Positions 47,446 to 57,503 of a stretch of 64,000 bases of DNA are shown here, piece after piece. A model generated the notes under the pieces. The model was given only the letters and a program-made list of their open reading frames with translations. It ran no database searches and was not told where the DNA came from. Each line of letters opens with the position of its first letter. The stretch's first letter is position 1. Source of the DNA: Candidatus Poribacteria bacterium (GTDB taxonomy: Bacteria; Poribacteria; WGA-4E; WGA-3G). The position numbers were made by a program, and so were the translations under genes. The stretch is from assembly GCA_965205015.1 (NCBI GenBank), contig OZ242029.1:1696001-1760000 (forward strand), written 5' to 3'.

Positions 47446-48855
47446 CTATTCGATCCATTGCATTGTTTCTCGAAGGTGTTCCTTTGCTTTCGCATAATCT
47501 CGGCGAGCTTGATAAAAGACACGTTGTGCCACTGTAAATTGTGCTTGTGTTTCAAACGCATCGTTATAAGTCATATTTTGATATCCGGGTATTTCAACCG
47601 TGACTTCATCGAGCACGCGTTCTATGGTTCGTAGCCTTTGCTCAAAAATTCTCACGCGTGTTTCTTCGATCTCCGCCCGTTCTTTGGCATTCGCCACGGC
47701 ACGGTAAGCACGTCGCACCTCTACACGGATTGACTTTGTTTTTTCGACGTACTCCAACTGAAGTCGTTCAAGTTCTGCGAGTTCTACGGCGCGAAGATTT
47801 TTCGTTTTGTTCCCATCGTATAACGGAATGTTGAAGTTGAAACGCAGTTCCCACCCATCTTGTGTCCGCGGACGGGTTTGAAAAAGACTTGATGCATCTC
47901 GCTCACGGTCGAGTATCACCGGATCGTAGAGTGCCTTTGCGTCCCAGGTCTGGTTCTGTTGGTGTTGTTCCAGCAGCACATGAAGGTCCTTGTAACGGGC
48001 TTCAGCGGAGAGTTCGGGAAATCGATTCCAGATTGTCTCCGCGGCGAGCCGCTCTTGACGCACGATAGTGCCCTGTAAGTCGTGTAAATCCAGGTTGTTT
48101 GCGAGTGCGAGTTCAACTGCCTTCTCTAATGTCATGTCGTCCTCAGAAAGAGGGTGTGAGAGCATAACTTGTGCCAGTGGATCGAGTCCGGTGAGACGAA
48201 TGAGTTCCGCGGTGTCTACATCAAGCCTACGCTGCAGCTCATTGAGAGCAAGCTGCTGCTCGGAGAGTTCAAGTTCCGTGTTGAGGCGACTGAGGAAAGG
48301 GATCCGTTTTTCTGCGTGCCTGATTTGTGTGCCTTTCAGTTTTTTATTGAGTTCTACCTCAATCGCACGCCGTTCCTGAATCTCTTCCTGTGTAAGGATG
48401 ATATTGTTCCAGAGATTACGAACATCGTGAACGCTCTGCTTTTTGGCGCGTTCGTATTCAATCTCTGCCTTGCGGACCTCCTCCTGTGTGGCATCAAGGG
48501 CTTCGGGGATCTCACCGAATTGGGCGAGCAGCATACTTGCTTGTGCGCGGGTGAGGTAGTCTCTTTCATCAATATCGCCATTTTTTTGGCGTTGATATTC
48601 ACCCGTGACGCCCACTTGTGGGAGGTAAATGGCTTTGGACACACGGAGGTTTGCCTTGGCGCGTTCCACCACTTTTTCCGCCTTTTTCACCGTTTCATTG
48701 TTTTGTAGCGCGAGTTCGATTGCACGTGCCGGCTGAAGTACGACCATCCGCTGTGCTGAGACGGTGCTCCCAATGGTAAAGAATAGGCAGATCGCTAATA
48801 CTTTTGTTAACTTCTTATTCACTACTATCTCCATATATTGGTTATCGGAAACCAC
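47446..48855 (-). CDS. TolC-family outer membrane protein
   Basis: Signal peptide; AIELALQNN, YLPQV, LEKAVELALANN, NIPLYDG. Confidence 0.85.
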   Translation of the reverse strand: MVSDNQYMEIVVNKKLTKVLAICLFFTIGSTVSAQRMVVLQPARAIELALQNNETVKKAEKVVERAKANLRVSKAIYLPQVGVTGEYQRQKNGDIDERDYLTRAQASMLLAQFGEIPEALDATQEEVRKAEIEYERAKKQSVHDVRNLWNNIILTQEEIQERRAIEVELNKKLKGTQIRHAEKRIPFLSRLNTELELSEQQLALNELQRRLDVDTAELIRLTGLDPLAQVMLSHPLSEDDMTLEKAVELALANNLDLHDLQGTIVRQERLAAETIWNRFPELSAEARYKDLHVLLEQHQQNQTWDAKALYDPVILDRERDASSLFQTRPRTQDGWELRFNFNIPLYDGNKTKNLRAVELAELERLQLEYVEKTKSIRVEVRRAYRAVANAKERAEIEETRVRIFEQRLRTIERVLDEVTVEIPGYQNMTYNDAFETQAQFTVAQRVFYQARRDYAKAKEHLRETMQWIE

Positions 48856-48861
48856 TATTTC

Positions 48862-51102
48862 TCAACGTCTGCTGATACGGATTGTAACGATAACAATTCC
48901 AATCATCAGGAGTATTAACGCACCGAACAGCAACGTCGTCACCGACATTTGCGTCTGAGACTCCACTTGCACTGTGATTGATCGGTCGCGTGCCTCAAAC
49001 TTACGGTTATCCACGGTGACTTCGGCGTTCAACTTCGCTTGATATTCCCCCACGCCGATGTCCGCAGGTGGACTCAACGTCAGTTGGATCTCTGTCTCCT
49101 CGTTCCGGCTGAGTGAACCGATGACTTCAGGGATAACCGTGTATTTCCAATCCGTGTTGACATCGACGAGCATACGAATGTCCACGAGATCCCGGGTGCC
49201 GATATTCTTGAGCGTCGCTGTCATGTTCACCTCTTCGCCGATTTTAATCGTCTGGAAGGCGTTCGGCACGAATACCTCAATCTCCGGGACACCCTTTGGA
49301 ATTAATTCGAACCGTTCGACACCGCCTTGGATACTCGCAATCCTATCGGCAGGTAAATCCAAGCGATTGTTGACACCCCCGAGCTCATTTGCCTCGGCGT
49401 CATCGAGCACAGCGACGTAGAACTCAAGCGTGCTATCGAGGTAGGACGCATCCAATTCTTCTGGAAGATAGACAATCAACGATAGATTCCGTTTTGACTG
49501 TTCCTGCGTAAATTTTACCTGAGACTGCCGGGATTTCGTCTCTGGGTCTTGGAATTCAAAGTTGATGCGGTTGAGGAGGTTAATGACGCGGAGTTGGAAG
49601 GTGTTCTCCGTTTCTGCCAACCGGTCGAGCGTCAAATCGTAGGTGACGCTGCTTCCCAAGTTCCCTTCCTGCGAAAAGCGGAGCGAACTGACGTTTACCA
49701 CATCCAACGCCGACTCTTTTTGCAGATAGATAAGGCGTGTATCGGGTTCGACAAGTTCGGGGTACTTCAGCGATACCTTCAGACTTTCCACATCTTTCTG
49801 GAGTTGGAAGGTCAAATCCACGGTTTCGTTGTAACCGAGCACCGGGATCTTCTCTTCGTAGGGTTTGACGATGTTCGTGTCATCCGTAACGTCGAGTAAA
49901 GAGACATAGATAGCGCGGATCTCATTTGCTGCTGCAATCTCCTCAGGGGTCGCATCACTCGGCATTGCCTCAGTCGTGGACGTATTTTTCAGTTGGATCG
50001 TCACCATCATTTGGTTGTCAACGCGAAACTTCTTCGCACTCAGGATGGAGATATGGCGAGTATCCTCCTCAAGATGGATTTTATAGGGGATTTCCCGATC
50101 AAGGTAGTTCAGACTCACAGTGAGGTTATCCACATTGCGTCTCAGTTCAAAATCGAGCGTTTTCTCCTGTCCATCTCTCAATGCCGGAATGCGGTGTTCG
50201 TAAGGAAAACCGATGATAGATTCCGTGTCGTCTTTGATAGAGACGTAGACGTTGTTGATTTCCTGTGCGGTGTTGGTGTCTATTTCCTCTGTTTCACCTG
50301 TAATCACCCCGTACGTAAGGACGACTTCCAAACGCCGCCGGTCCCCCTGTTTGTAACGTCTCGCAGAGACCACAGAAATATACGGATCCTCCTGTTTGAG
50401 GTGGATGTTCTTCTGTTCCTCACGTCCCGAGTACTTCAACTCGACGACGACATCCCGCACGTTCTCTTTTATGAGTTCAAACTCCAGTGTGACAGACTCC
50501 CCTTCTTTGAGCGTCTCAATCCGTTGCTCGTAAGGTTCGGTGATAGTTGCCCCGCTTGTGCCATAACCTTCCTGCTCTTTAATCTCGACGAAGATGTCGT
50601 CAATCTGGGCACTAATGATAATTTCTCGTCCCAGCACTTTCGAGCTTTCAACGAGTTTGACGGGAGACGAACTATTCCGCAAGGTAATTGAGAACAGCTC
50701 CCGACCATCGGCGGATTCATAGAGCCTTGTTTTTTCAACGGTGATGTGCCACTCATCTTTCAGGGAATCAAGTTCCGTCTGTTGCAGCGTCAGCTTTGCC
50801 TGTTCATATTCATCGACGGCGCGTTCGTAAGCCTCCTCTGCGATATTCACTTCGGAGACGGTGACGATGTTATTTTCCTCCATCATCATCGCCTTGAGAT
50901 TTTCGAGGTCCACCTGCTTCTTATCCATTAGCTTTTTTGCCAATTCCATCTTCAGGCGATCGATTTCTATCAGGATTTGACGGTTTTGTTCCTCTTTCGT
51001 TTTCGGGCTGTTATCGTCAACAGGTGGAATCTCTTCTGACGCTGCTGCCAATGGAACAGGCAGTGATACCCCTATTGCACTCATAAATATCAGTGCAAAC
51101 AT
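48862..51102 (-). CDS. Large exported protein with repeated Ig-like units, a NEW3-like domain and a C-terminal TM anchor
   Basis: Three repeats of ..EI..IYVS....PYE.RI..L......L.FEL; LKNIGTRDL, PPADIGVGEY; C-terminal TM. Start uncertain (51102 or 51201). Confidence 0.7.
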   Translation of the reverse strand: MFALIFMSAIGVSLPVPLAAASEEIPPVDDNSPKTKEEQNRQILIEIDRLKMELAKKLMDKKQVDLENLKAMMMEENNIVTVSEVNIAEEAYERAVDEYEQAKLTLQQTELDSLKDEWHITVEKTRLYESADGRELFSITLRNSSSPVKLVESSKVLGREIIISAQIDDIFVEIKEQEGYGTSGATITEPYEQRIETLKEGESVTLEFELIKENVRDVVVELKYSGREEQKNIHLKQEDPYISVVSARRYKQGDRRRLEVVLTYGVITGETEEIDTNTAQEINNVYVSIKDDTESIIGFPYEHRIPALRDGQEKTLDFELRRNVDNLTVSLNYLDREIPYKIHLEEDTRHISILSAKKFRVDNQMMVTIQLKNTSTTEAMPSDATPEEIAAANEIRAIYVSLLDVTDDTNIVKPYEEKIPVLGYNETVDLTFQLQKDVESLKVSLKYPELVEPDTRLIYLQKESALDVVNVSSLRFSQEGNLGSSVTYDLTLDRLAETENTFQLRVINLLNRINFEFQDPETKSRQSQVKFTQEQSKRNLSLIVYLPEELDASYLDSTLEFYVAVLDDAEANELGGVNNRLDLPADRIASIQGGVERFELIPKGVPEIEVFVPNAFQTIKIGEEVNMTATLKNIGTRDLVDIRMLVDVNTDWKYTVIPEVIGSLSRNEETEIQLTLSPPADIGVGEYQAKLNAEVTVDNRKFEARDRSITVQVESQTQMSVTTLLFGALILLMIGIVIVTIRISRR

Positions 51103-51198
51103 CAAAGATTGAAAGATTGGAAAGTTGAAAGATTGGAAGGGTGGGGACCCTATCTTTCCATCCTTCCATCTGTCCTTTCCATACTTTTTCCATCCATC
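51103..51198. repeat. GGAAG/TTCCA-rich repetitive imperfect palindrome
   Basis: AAGATTGAAAGATTGGAAAGTTGAAAGATTGGAAGG followed by TTTCCATCCTTCCATC...TTTCCATCCATCC. Confidence 0.6.
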
Positions 51199-51228
51199 CA
51201 TATTTTTACCCTTCTAACCCAGTTCGGT

Positions 51229-51954
51229 TTAAGCTTCTTCAGGTTCGTATCCGGCAACATAGTGCAAATACAATGCCTCAAGATCCTCTTGTTGAATCTC
51301 TTCGCGCGTCAACTCACGTTCAAGGTTGCCTTCCACGAGGATGCCGATCCTGTCGGCGATCTCTTTCGCACGGAAAATGTCGTGCGTTGACATGAAGATG
51401 GCTTTCCCTTCCTCCTTCAACTCGCGGAGCAGATTCAGGAAATCCGCACCCCCCTTCGGATCCAAGCCCGAAGTCGGTTCATCGAGAAGGACGGCTTGTG
51501 CGTTTTTCATAATCGCAATGGCAATACCCAAGCGTTGACGCATCCCTTTGGAGAAGGTCTTAACACGCCGTGTAAAGGCTTCCTCCGGTAGACCGACACG
51601 TCCAAGTGTCGCATCGAGCTCCTCGTTCGATACCTTCTTGCGTCCACCGAGTTTTGCGAAAAAAGACAGATTTTGCCGCGCCGTAAAGTTGCGATAGAGT
51701 TCGACGTTCTCCGAGACGTAAGCGAGATGCTTCTTTGCCTCCAGTGGGAACTTCGGAATCTCAATATCGCCTATCAGTGCGGTGCCGCTTGTGGGTTCGA
51801 TGAAGTTCAGGAGCATAGAGATGGTTGTGCTTTTCCCAGCACCGTTCGCGCCGAGGACAACATAGATTTCGCCATCGTCTACTTTCAGGTTCAACTTGTT
51901 GACGGCTAAAACACTTTCGTTATAGACTTTCGTGAGCTCACGAGTTTCTAACAT
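51229..51954 (-). CDS. ABC transporter ATP-binding protein
   Basis: GANGAGKST, FSKGMRQR, LLDEPTSGLD. Confidence 0.95.
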   Translation of the reverse strand: MLETRELTKVYNESVLAVNKLNLKVDDGEIYVVLGANGAGKSTTISMLLNFIEPTSGTALIGDIEIPKFPLEAKKHLAYVSENVELYRNFTARQNLSFFAKLGGRKKVSNEELDATLGRVGLPEEAFTRRVKTFSKGMRQRLGIAIAIMKNAQAVLLDEPTSGLDPKGGADFLNLLRELKEEGKAIFMSTHDIFRAKEIADRIGILVEGNLERELTREEIQQEDLEALYLHYVAGYEPEEA

Positions 51955-52263
51955 GAGGTTCCTCCTACGGTTGATTTTCTACTATAGTATATGGTATCGG
52001 AAATCTAATTCAAGCAAGACTTGCACCGATTCACTTCTTTAGTTGGTTGCTTGACCTTTAATACGGTTCGTGCCCTTTTATAATTTAATGATACACATTT
52101 GGACTGAAAAGGGTGCATATAGAGAATCGAGCAGTACTCCAACGTAATGCTCGGGTTGAACGATCAACCTATAGTGGATCTTAGCATCCGCCATAATATT
52201 CTGCCCCTAATTGCCCTATTTTTTGAATATAGCCATCAAATCACATTTTGGCTTATGTCATAG

Positions 52264-52458
52264 TGACGCTATTTAGGTGTGAAAAGGTTGCATAATTTGA
52301 AAAAAGTCGTAGAAAATTTGAAAAAATGTAGCTATTCCAGATAGAAGCAGTCTCCTTTTCCTGCAGGAGAGGTTCGTAATTTCGCCTATCTACGATGTTC
52401 AGGTAATTGCGTACTTTGCTGTGATCTAAAGGTTGGAGGTTTTGTTTATTAGAGACCC
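52264..52458 (-). promoter_or_regulatory. ECF-type promoter (TGCAACCTTTT-N13-CGTC) plus a REP-like module
   Basis: Homologous to 60963..61171; a further promoter-like copy lies at about 52090-52118. Confidence 0.5.
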
Positions 52459-52611
52459 TTCATACGGAAAAAGATAGTAAAAACTGCCTGGTTTAACTTA
52501 ACCTACGTGTTTAAGCCGAACTCACGTTAATTACACACCATCTTTTCAGAGAAGTTCCTAAATCGGTATTGCATAGAATGGATTCACACTGTCTGGTGGG
52601 ATTTTATAGGA

Positions 52612-54195
52612 TCACACATCTGAACGGATGAAGACTAAGAAGGCACCTGAAAGAAACACACCAAGCAATAAAACGAGTAGCAGCATATCCACTATCGCTG
52701 CATTGAAGGTATCACTAAAGGTGATCTTATCCTCAAAACTTGGAAGTGCCTGAGGTGAAATCGGCTTTTTAGACATTCCCTCAGGGACTCCGATGATATG
52801 GGGGCTCTCTGTATCAGCGCGATCGGTTTCAGTGATGAAGTTTCGGAACTGTCTGATATGAAGATGCACACCTTCAAGGAATTGCAAGTGCCGATTTAAT
52901 CCGGTACCTGTCATTGATTCAAGAGCATATTGGACGATCGCTGCGGGCGAGAACCGGGTCACCATCCTTGCGCGCTGTACCTGCGCGAGTTGTGCCGTTA
53001 AATGTTCACGGTTCAGCCGTTCCCGAATCTCAACATCTTTGTTGACGAGTTCAGCCCTGATGTGCAATTCCTCCACATCTGCCTTTTGGGATTCCAATTC
53101 TGCTATCGCCAATCTGATTTCTTCCTCGTTCTCCTTCGCCAGTTTTTCCGCCGCTTCAGGCGAGGTTTTCCAAAGTTCCTGAAGTCTATGGAGAAGGCTA
53201 CCCGCTGGTAACTGTGCCTCCTGTTTGTTCTGCATTCGCTCGTCAAAATTTGCGTTAATCTGCTCAAGCGCGCTCCTTTTTGCCATTTCTCGTTGGTGAG
53301 CGGTCTGAACGGGTGGCGTCCATTTCGTGGCAAGCGTGCCGAGGGTAGAAGGCATAAAGACGACGAGTGCTACCCAGACAATCAATAACACGACAAGACT
53401 GATTCGGCTATCGCGCGTGCTGGCGGAGACCATTAACCCTACTGCGATGAAGATACTGGCGTATCCTGAAGCAATTAGCATAATCATTCCCAAACGTCCC
53501 CAGTCCGCCGCCCCGAGTTGTGTCCAACTATCTAAAGAGATCACCGCCAGATTCAACAGTACGGCGAAATAGAATGGGATGAGAATGGTTATCAGGGCGC
53601 CTAAGAACTTTCCGACTAACAACGCCGGGCGGGAAATTGGGTTCGCGAGACATAACCGAAGCGTCCCCCTTTCTCTTTCGCCGGAGAGCGCATCAAACGT
53701 GAACAAAAGTGGGATGAAAGAGAGCAGATAGGTGATGATAAATACCCAGTCTATCTTTGTTGCTTTCGGACGCAGGTCCCGCGCATTCGGGTTGGCAGTA
53801 GGATAGTCCACCGACCAGATGCTTTTTACCTGGCCACCGGGTCCCGCCGTTCTACTCCAAGACCCCCAATTTGTTGTTCCCGATCCCGGCAGAAACGCAT
53901 CGCCCCGGTCTGCAATGAAAGTCAGCGCGGAGGGACGTTTGTAAAGTCTACCGGGTCCTTTTTTCAGGAGCTGATAGAGTTCCGTTTGGGACTGCAATTT
54001 GTTTTGGTCGGTGGTAACTTTCTCAGAATACCGTCGGACCTTGTCTGGGTGGTTCTGAAGATGCACCACAGCGTTAGTTACCATGAGTGCCACCAGAATA
54101 AGGGTAGTTAAGGCAAAGCGGAGACTGTTGAGATGGTCAAAGAATTCTCTTTTAACGATATGTCCGATCATCATATTTCTCCTTTTACACTTCAA
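52612..54195 (-). CDS. ABC-2 type transporter permease
   Basis: FDALSGERERGTLRLCLANPISRPALLVGK; multiple TM segments. Confidence 0.88.
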   Translation of the reverse strand: MKCKRRNMMIGHIVKREFFDHLNSLRFALTTLILVALMVTNAVVHLQNHPDKVRRYSEKVTTDQNKLQSQTELYQLLKKGPGRLYKRPSALTFIADRGDAFLPGSGTTNWGSWSRTAGPGGQVKSIWSVDYPTANPNARDLRPKATKIDWVFIITYLLSFIPLLFTFDALSGERERGTLRLCLANPISRPALLVGKFLGALITILIPFYFAVLLNLAVISLDSWTQLGAADWGRLGMIMLIASGYASIFIAVGLMVSASTRDSRISLVVLLIVWVALVVFMPSTLGTLATKWTPPVQTAHQREMAKRSALEQINANFDERMQNKQEAQLPAGSLLHRLQELWKTSPEAAEKLAKENEEEIRLAIAELESQKADVEELHIRAELVNKDVEIRERLNREHLTAQLAQVQRARMVTRFSPAAIVQYALESMTGTGLNRHLQFLEGVHLHIRQFRNFITETDRADTESPHIIGVPEGMSKKPISPQALPSFEDKITFSDTFNAAIVDMLLLVLLLGVFLSGAFLVFIRSDV

Positions 54196-55660
54196 CTTTG
54201 ATAAAAATCAGAAATGTCACCATAAACAGGATCAGATTCATAAGGAAAAGAAGGGACACATCCGTAAGGGCGCGTTGTGCGTTCTCCGAGACATCCGCCC
54301 GCGCAAAGCGAAACCTTGGCAAATCCCACCAATCCACTGGCCCTTGGTCAGAGGCAAACCACTGTCGACTCGCAAACGCATCTTTGTCGCGGAAATAGTT
54401 AATGAGTGTTTGACGGTATCCTTGCGTGGCGTGGATAAAGTCTAACATACCATTTAGATCCGTGCCTGCCCAGGCGGATGTTGAAAATGCATATAAACTT
54501 GCGGGACTGAACTTCATCAACCGTTTATCCCACGTTGCTTGCCGGATGTCTGTCCGCGCCAAGCGTTGTTCGCGTATCAACGCAGCTTTTTCTGCCAGAC
54601 GGATGTGCGTCGCACCGATGAATGCCTGATACTTTTGGAAATGCGGGACGGACGGCTCCGAATCCGCGTTCACTTTGGTCATATTGAACCCATACCTTCT
54701 GCCACTACGAGCGCTTGACCCTGAATATCCTATGTTAAACCTGGGGGGCTCCCCCGCAAGCGGACTATTTGCTAAGAACCGCTGTTCTTCCCGATCGGCT
54801 TCTTCCCAAATCTGTTCAATCTGTTGACTTGCCGACTGTCTTTCGGCGCGCATATCGCCCACCGGATTGATGGCGAACCGACTCCAGTTCGGATAAACGA
54901 GGACCAAACCGACCCATAAGAACATGCAGAGCATCAAAGATGTAGCCGTGCGGCGGGTTGTCGTGGAAATCAATAGTCCGATGAGGTAGAAAACGGATAA
55001 GTAGACAGTGGTCGTCCAGACTATCCCCCCGATCCGGAGCAAATCCGCTGTGCTGAGCTGTATTGAACTGGCAAGGGAGCACAAAATCAGCACCATCAGC
55101 AGACTCATTAGCACGGGCAGCAGCAAGCATATCATGGCGGCGATATATTTCGCAAATAGAATGGACCCGCGTCGCACTGGATGTGAGATAACCAGACGTA
55201 AGGTACCGCTTTCCCAATCGCCTGCAATCGCATCGTAAGCGAAGAGTAAGGCGAGTAGGCTTAATATAACTTGAAAGATGGACACCAGATCAATCTGTGA
55301 AAAAAGATTGAGATACGGGTTCTCCAGGTTTCGTGCGGAGACACTTGAGAGCACCGGCACTTCCCCGTGATAAATTTCGACGGTCGTTCCGAGTCGCTTA
55401 TCTAATCCTGCACTAAAGAGAGTTAGGGGGTTCGGAGGGCGTTCAACAAAGATTTCTAATCGCGAATAGGTTTCCGCTGCCACCGCTTTCTCACGATGAA
55501 CTTTCTCTTGCTGGCTATAGCTCGCCACTCGGTTTTCGTGCGCATCAATCAGCACAACGGTATTGGCGACGACAAGCAGGAGCGTAATCACGACTGCGGT
55601 AAAGAATCGCGCGCTCATCAGATGCGTGAGCAGTTCTTGGCGTATCAGGGTGCGTAACAT
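54185..55660 (-). CDS. ABC-2 type transporter permease
   Basis: YDAIAGDWESGTLRLVISHPVRRGSILFAK; multiple TM segments. Confidence 0.88.
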   Translation of the reverse strand: MLRTLIRQELLTHLMSARFFTAVVITLLLVVANTVVLIDAHENRVASYSQQEKVHREKAVAAETYSRLEIFVERPPNPLTLFSAGLDKRLGTTVEIYHGEVPVLSSVSARNLENPYLNLFSQIDLVSIFQVILSLLALLFAYDAIAGDWESGTLRLVISHPVRRGSILFAKYIAAMICLLLPVLMSLLMVLILCSLASSIQLSTADLLRIGGIVWTTTVYLSVFYLIGLLISTTTRRTATSLMLCMFLWVGLVLVYPNWSRFAINPVGDMRAERQSASQQIEQIWEEADREEQRFLANSPLAGEPPRFNIGYSGSSARSGRRYGFNMTKVNADSEPSVPHFQKYQAFIGATHIRLAEKAALIREQRLARTDIRQATWDKRLMKFSPASLYAFSTSAWAGTDLNGMLDFIHATQGYRQTLINYFRDKDAFASRQWFASDQGPVDWWDLPRFRFARADVSENAQRALTDVSLLFLMNLILFMVTFLIFIKVEV

Positions 55661-55708
55661 GTTTCAACCTCAATGTAATGTACATAACTGTTTCGTTTAA
55701 TTGATGGA

Positions 55709-57382
55709 TCACCGGATGGAGATATGTGCTCGAAAAGCGTTGATACTTTCCTGCTCATCAACCCAACCCCCAGTCGCTCTCAATTGAAAAACCTGTCCTT
55801 TGTCAAATTGATATATGATTGTTCCTGTTTCACCGGGTTGGATCCCCCATACATGTGCGAGCGCGCCTTTAGATATTCCTTTTGTCGAGAATTCGCTATT
55901 ACCATCGAAGAGATCAAACGAACCTATAAGGGCTGCCCTCCCGACTTGAATATCAATGGTGAGCACGCCACCGTTTTCAAATGCTGTGGCATCAATTTCT
56001 ACAACGGTGTGATCTTGAGAGCCTGCCTCAGCGGTGCGGAAAGTGTCTAATATCTCTATTGAAGGTTGCACAGGATTGAGGGAAATATTGCGACTGCTTG
56101 ATAAAGAGACCCGATCTTTCTCACCCAATCCGGGACGTTTTCCTGTTAAGGCTTCTACAAGGAACAACTGATAGTGTTCTGCTTTCTTGTGCCACTTGTG
56201 CGGGGAGAGTTCATTGACGGCTTGCCTGCCCATGAGTTCAAGTTCGGACGAGATAACCAAACAATCTGTAGGTGAATGTCTCTTCCACGCCCGAACGATT
56301 GTTTGGAGCAAGGAAGACATTTCGTCAATACCTTTTGCATCGCGCAAACGTCTTATATCGGTGTTAAGTACCCATGTGTTGACAAAATTTTCATTCAAGA
56401 ATTTGATGTTCCCATCATCAGAGAGAGCGACTGCCCTCAAATTTTTGCCGCTCGCGCCACAGGCTTCGTCATCAAGCGGACCATTGATTGAAATAACATG
56501 AATGGGCTTCTGTTGTGTCTTTGCTATTTCCAACACTTCGTCTACCGATACCCAATTGATTTGTTGTGATTTGTAGAAACGTAGTATCAGGACACGCTCG
56601 GCTTCTTCTACAGTTATTGCTTCGGAAAATTGCGTGTCTTGAATTATATCTTCTGAACCGGTACGGAGTTCGATTTGTGGACAAAAGCCGGTATCCGCCC
56701 CAAAAGAGGGACCGGCACCATGGTATCGGTTGACATCGAAGTTGAGTGTTCCCTCAGGAACGTACATCTGGAAGAAGGCGATTTTCTTTTCTACTCGATC
56801 GATAACGAGATTCCCAGTAAATTGTGAGGGTGTGAACCAGCCGTTCGCTAACCTGAACTCCGCATGAATACGGAATACGATGTCGGCAAATTCAGCATTG
56901 TAAGCGCGCAAGCACGCCCACATTCCGCGTGAATCTCCGTGATTGATGTGCATATCCAGATTGGGATTGGGGTGAAGTTGTCTCAACAGCTCCAGTACCC
57001 CGTTTTGTTCAATCTGCCAGACTTCGCCGACAGAAACACTGTTTCCTCGGTTTGGAGGATTTTCGCGAAAAAGTCTCTTCAATCCCGGCAAGAACGGTTT
57101 TTCTTTTCCCTTCTGCAGGCGGGCTTCAGTCGGGAGAAACGCCTGAAACACTGAAGTAGGATGGTGCTTTTCAGGCTCAGCGACTCGCAGATGTGCCAAT
57201 GTATCCCACGTCACATGGAAGTTGTCTCGGGTGTACTCGATTGGGGCAATGAAGCCTTTAACCAACACTTTGGCGTTGTTGTCAAGCGTGAGAACAATTC
57301 TGTTAGAAGTAGATACTTCATCCGCGAACCCATGTTGCAAAGACAAGATAAAAATCAGGCAACCGATACCGAATGTTTTCAT
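55709..57382 (-). CDS. Selenoprotein N-like exported protein, non-Sec paralog (C-G-A-S-G)
   Basis: Signal peptide; FQAFLP, GMWACLRAY, FRIHAEF, WFTPSQFTG, GPLDDEACGASGKNLRAVALS, LNENFVNTW match SELENON motifs; C-terminal shared beta domain. Confidence 0.8.
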   Translation of the reverse strand: MKTFGIGCLIFILSLQHGFADEVSTSNRIVLTLDNNAKVLVKGFIAPIEYTRDNFHVTWDTLAHLRVAEPEKHHPTSVFQAFLPTEARLQKGKEKPFLPGLKRLFRENPPNRGNSVSVGEVWQIEQNGVLELLRQLHPNPNLDMHINHGDSRGMWACLRAYNAEFADIVFRIHAEFRLANGWFTPSQFTGNLVIDRVEKKIAFFQMYVPEGTLNFDVNRYHGAGPSFGADTGFCPQIELRTGSEDIIQDTQFSEAITVEEAERVLILRFYKSQQINWVSVDEVLEIAKTQQKPIHVISINGPLDDEACGASGKNLRAVALSDDGNIKFLNENFVNTWVLNTDIRRLRDAKGIDEMSSLLQTIVRAWKRHSPTDCLVISSELELMGRQAVNELSPHKWHKKAEHYQLFLVEALTGKRPGLGEKDRVSLSSSRNISLNPVQPSIEILDTFRTAEAGSQDHTVVEIDATAFENGGVLTIDIQVGRAALIGSFDLFDGNSEFSTKGISKGALAHVWGIQPGETGTIIYQFDKGQVFQLRATGGWVDEQESINAFRAHISIR

Positions 57383-57503
57383 TTTGAGAGATCCAAAAAA
57401 AATGAACAGGATTTACACACCCTTTGCTGGCGAGGTTTGAAACCTCACCCGGCGTTGGGCAGTCCGTAGGTCCTATTGGAAATAAAGTGTACCTGCTGGG
57501 GGG

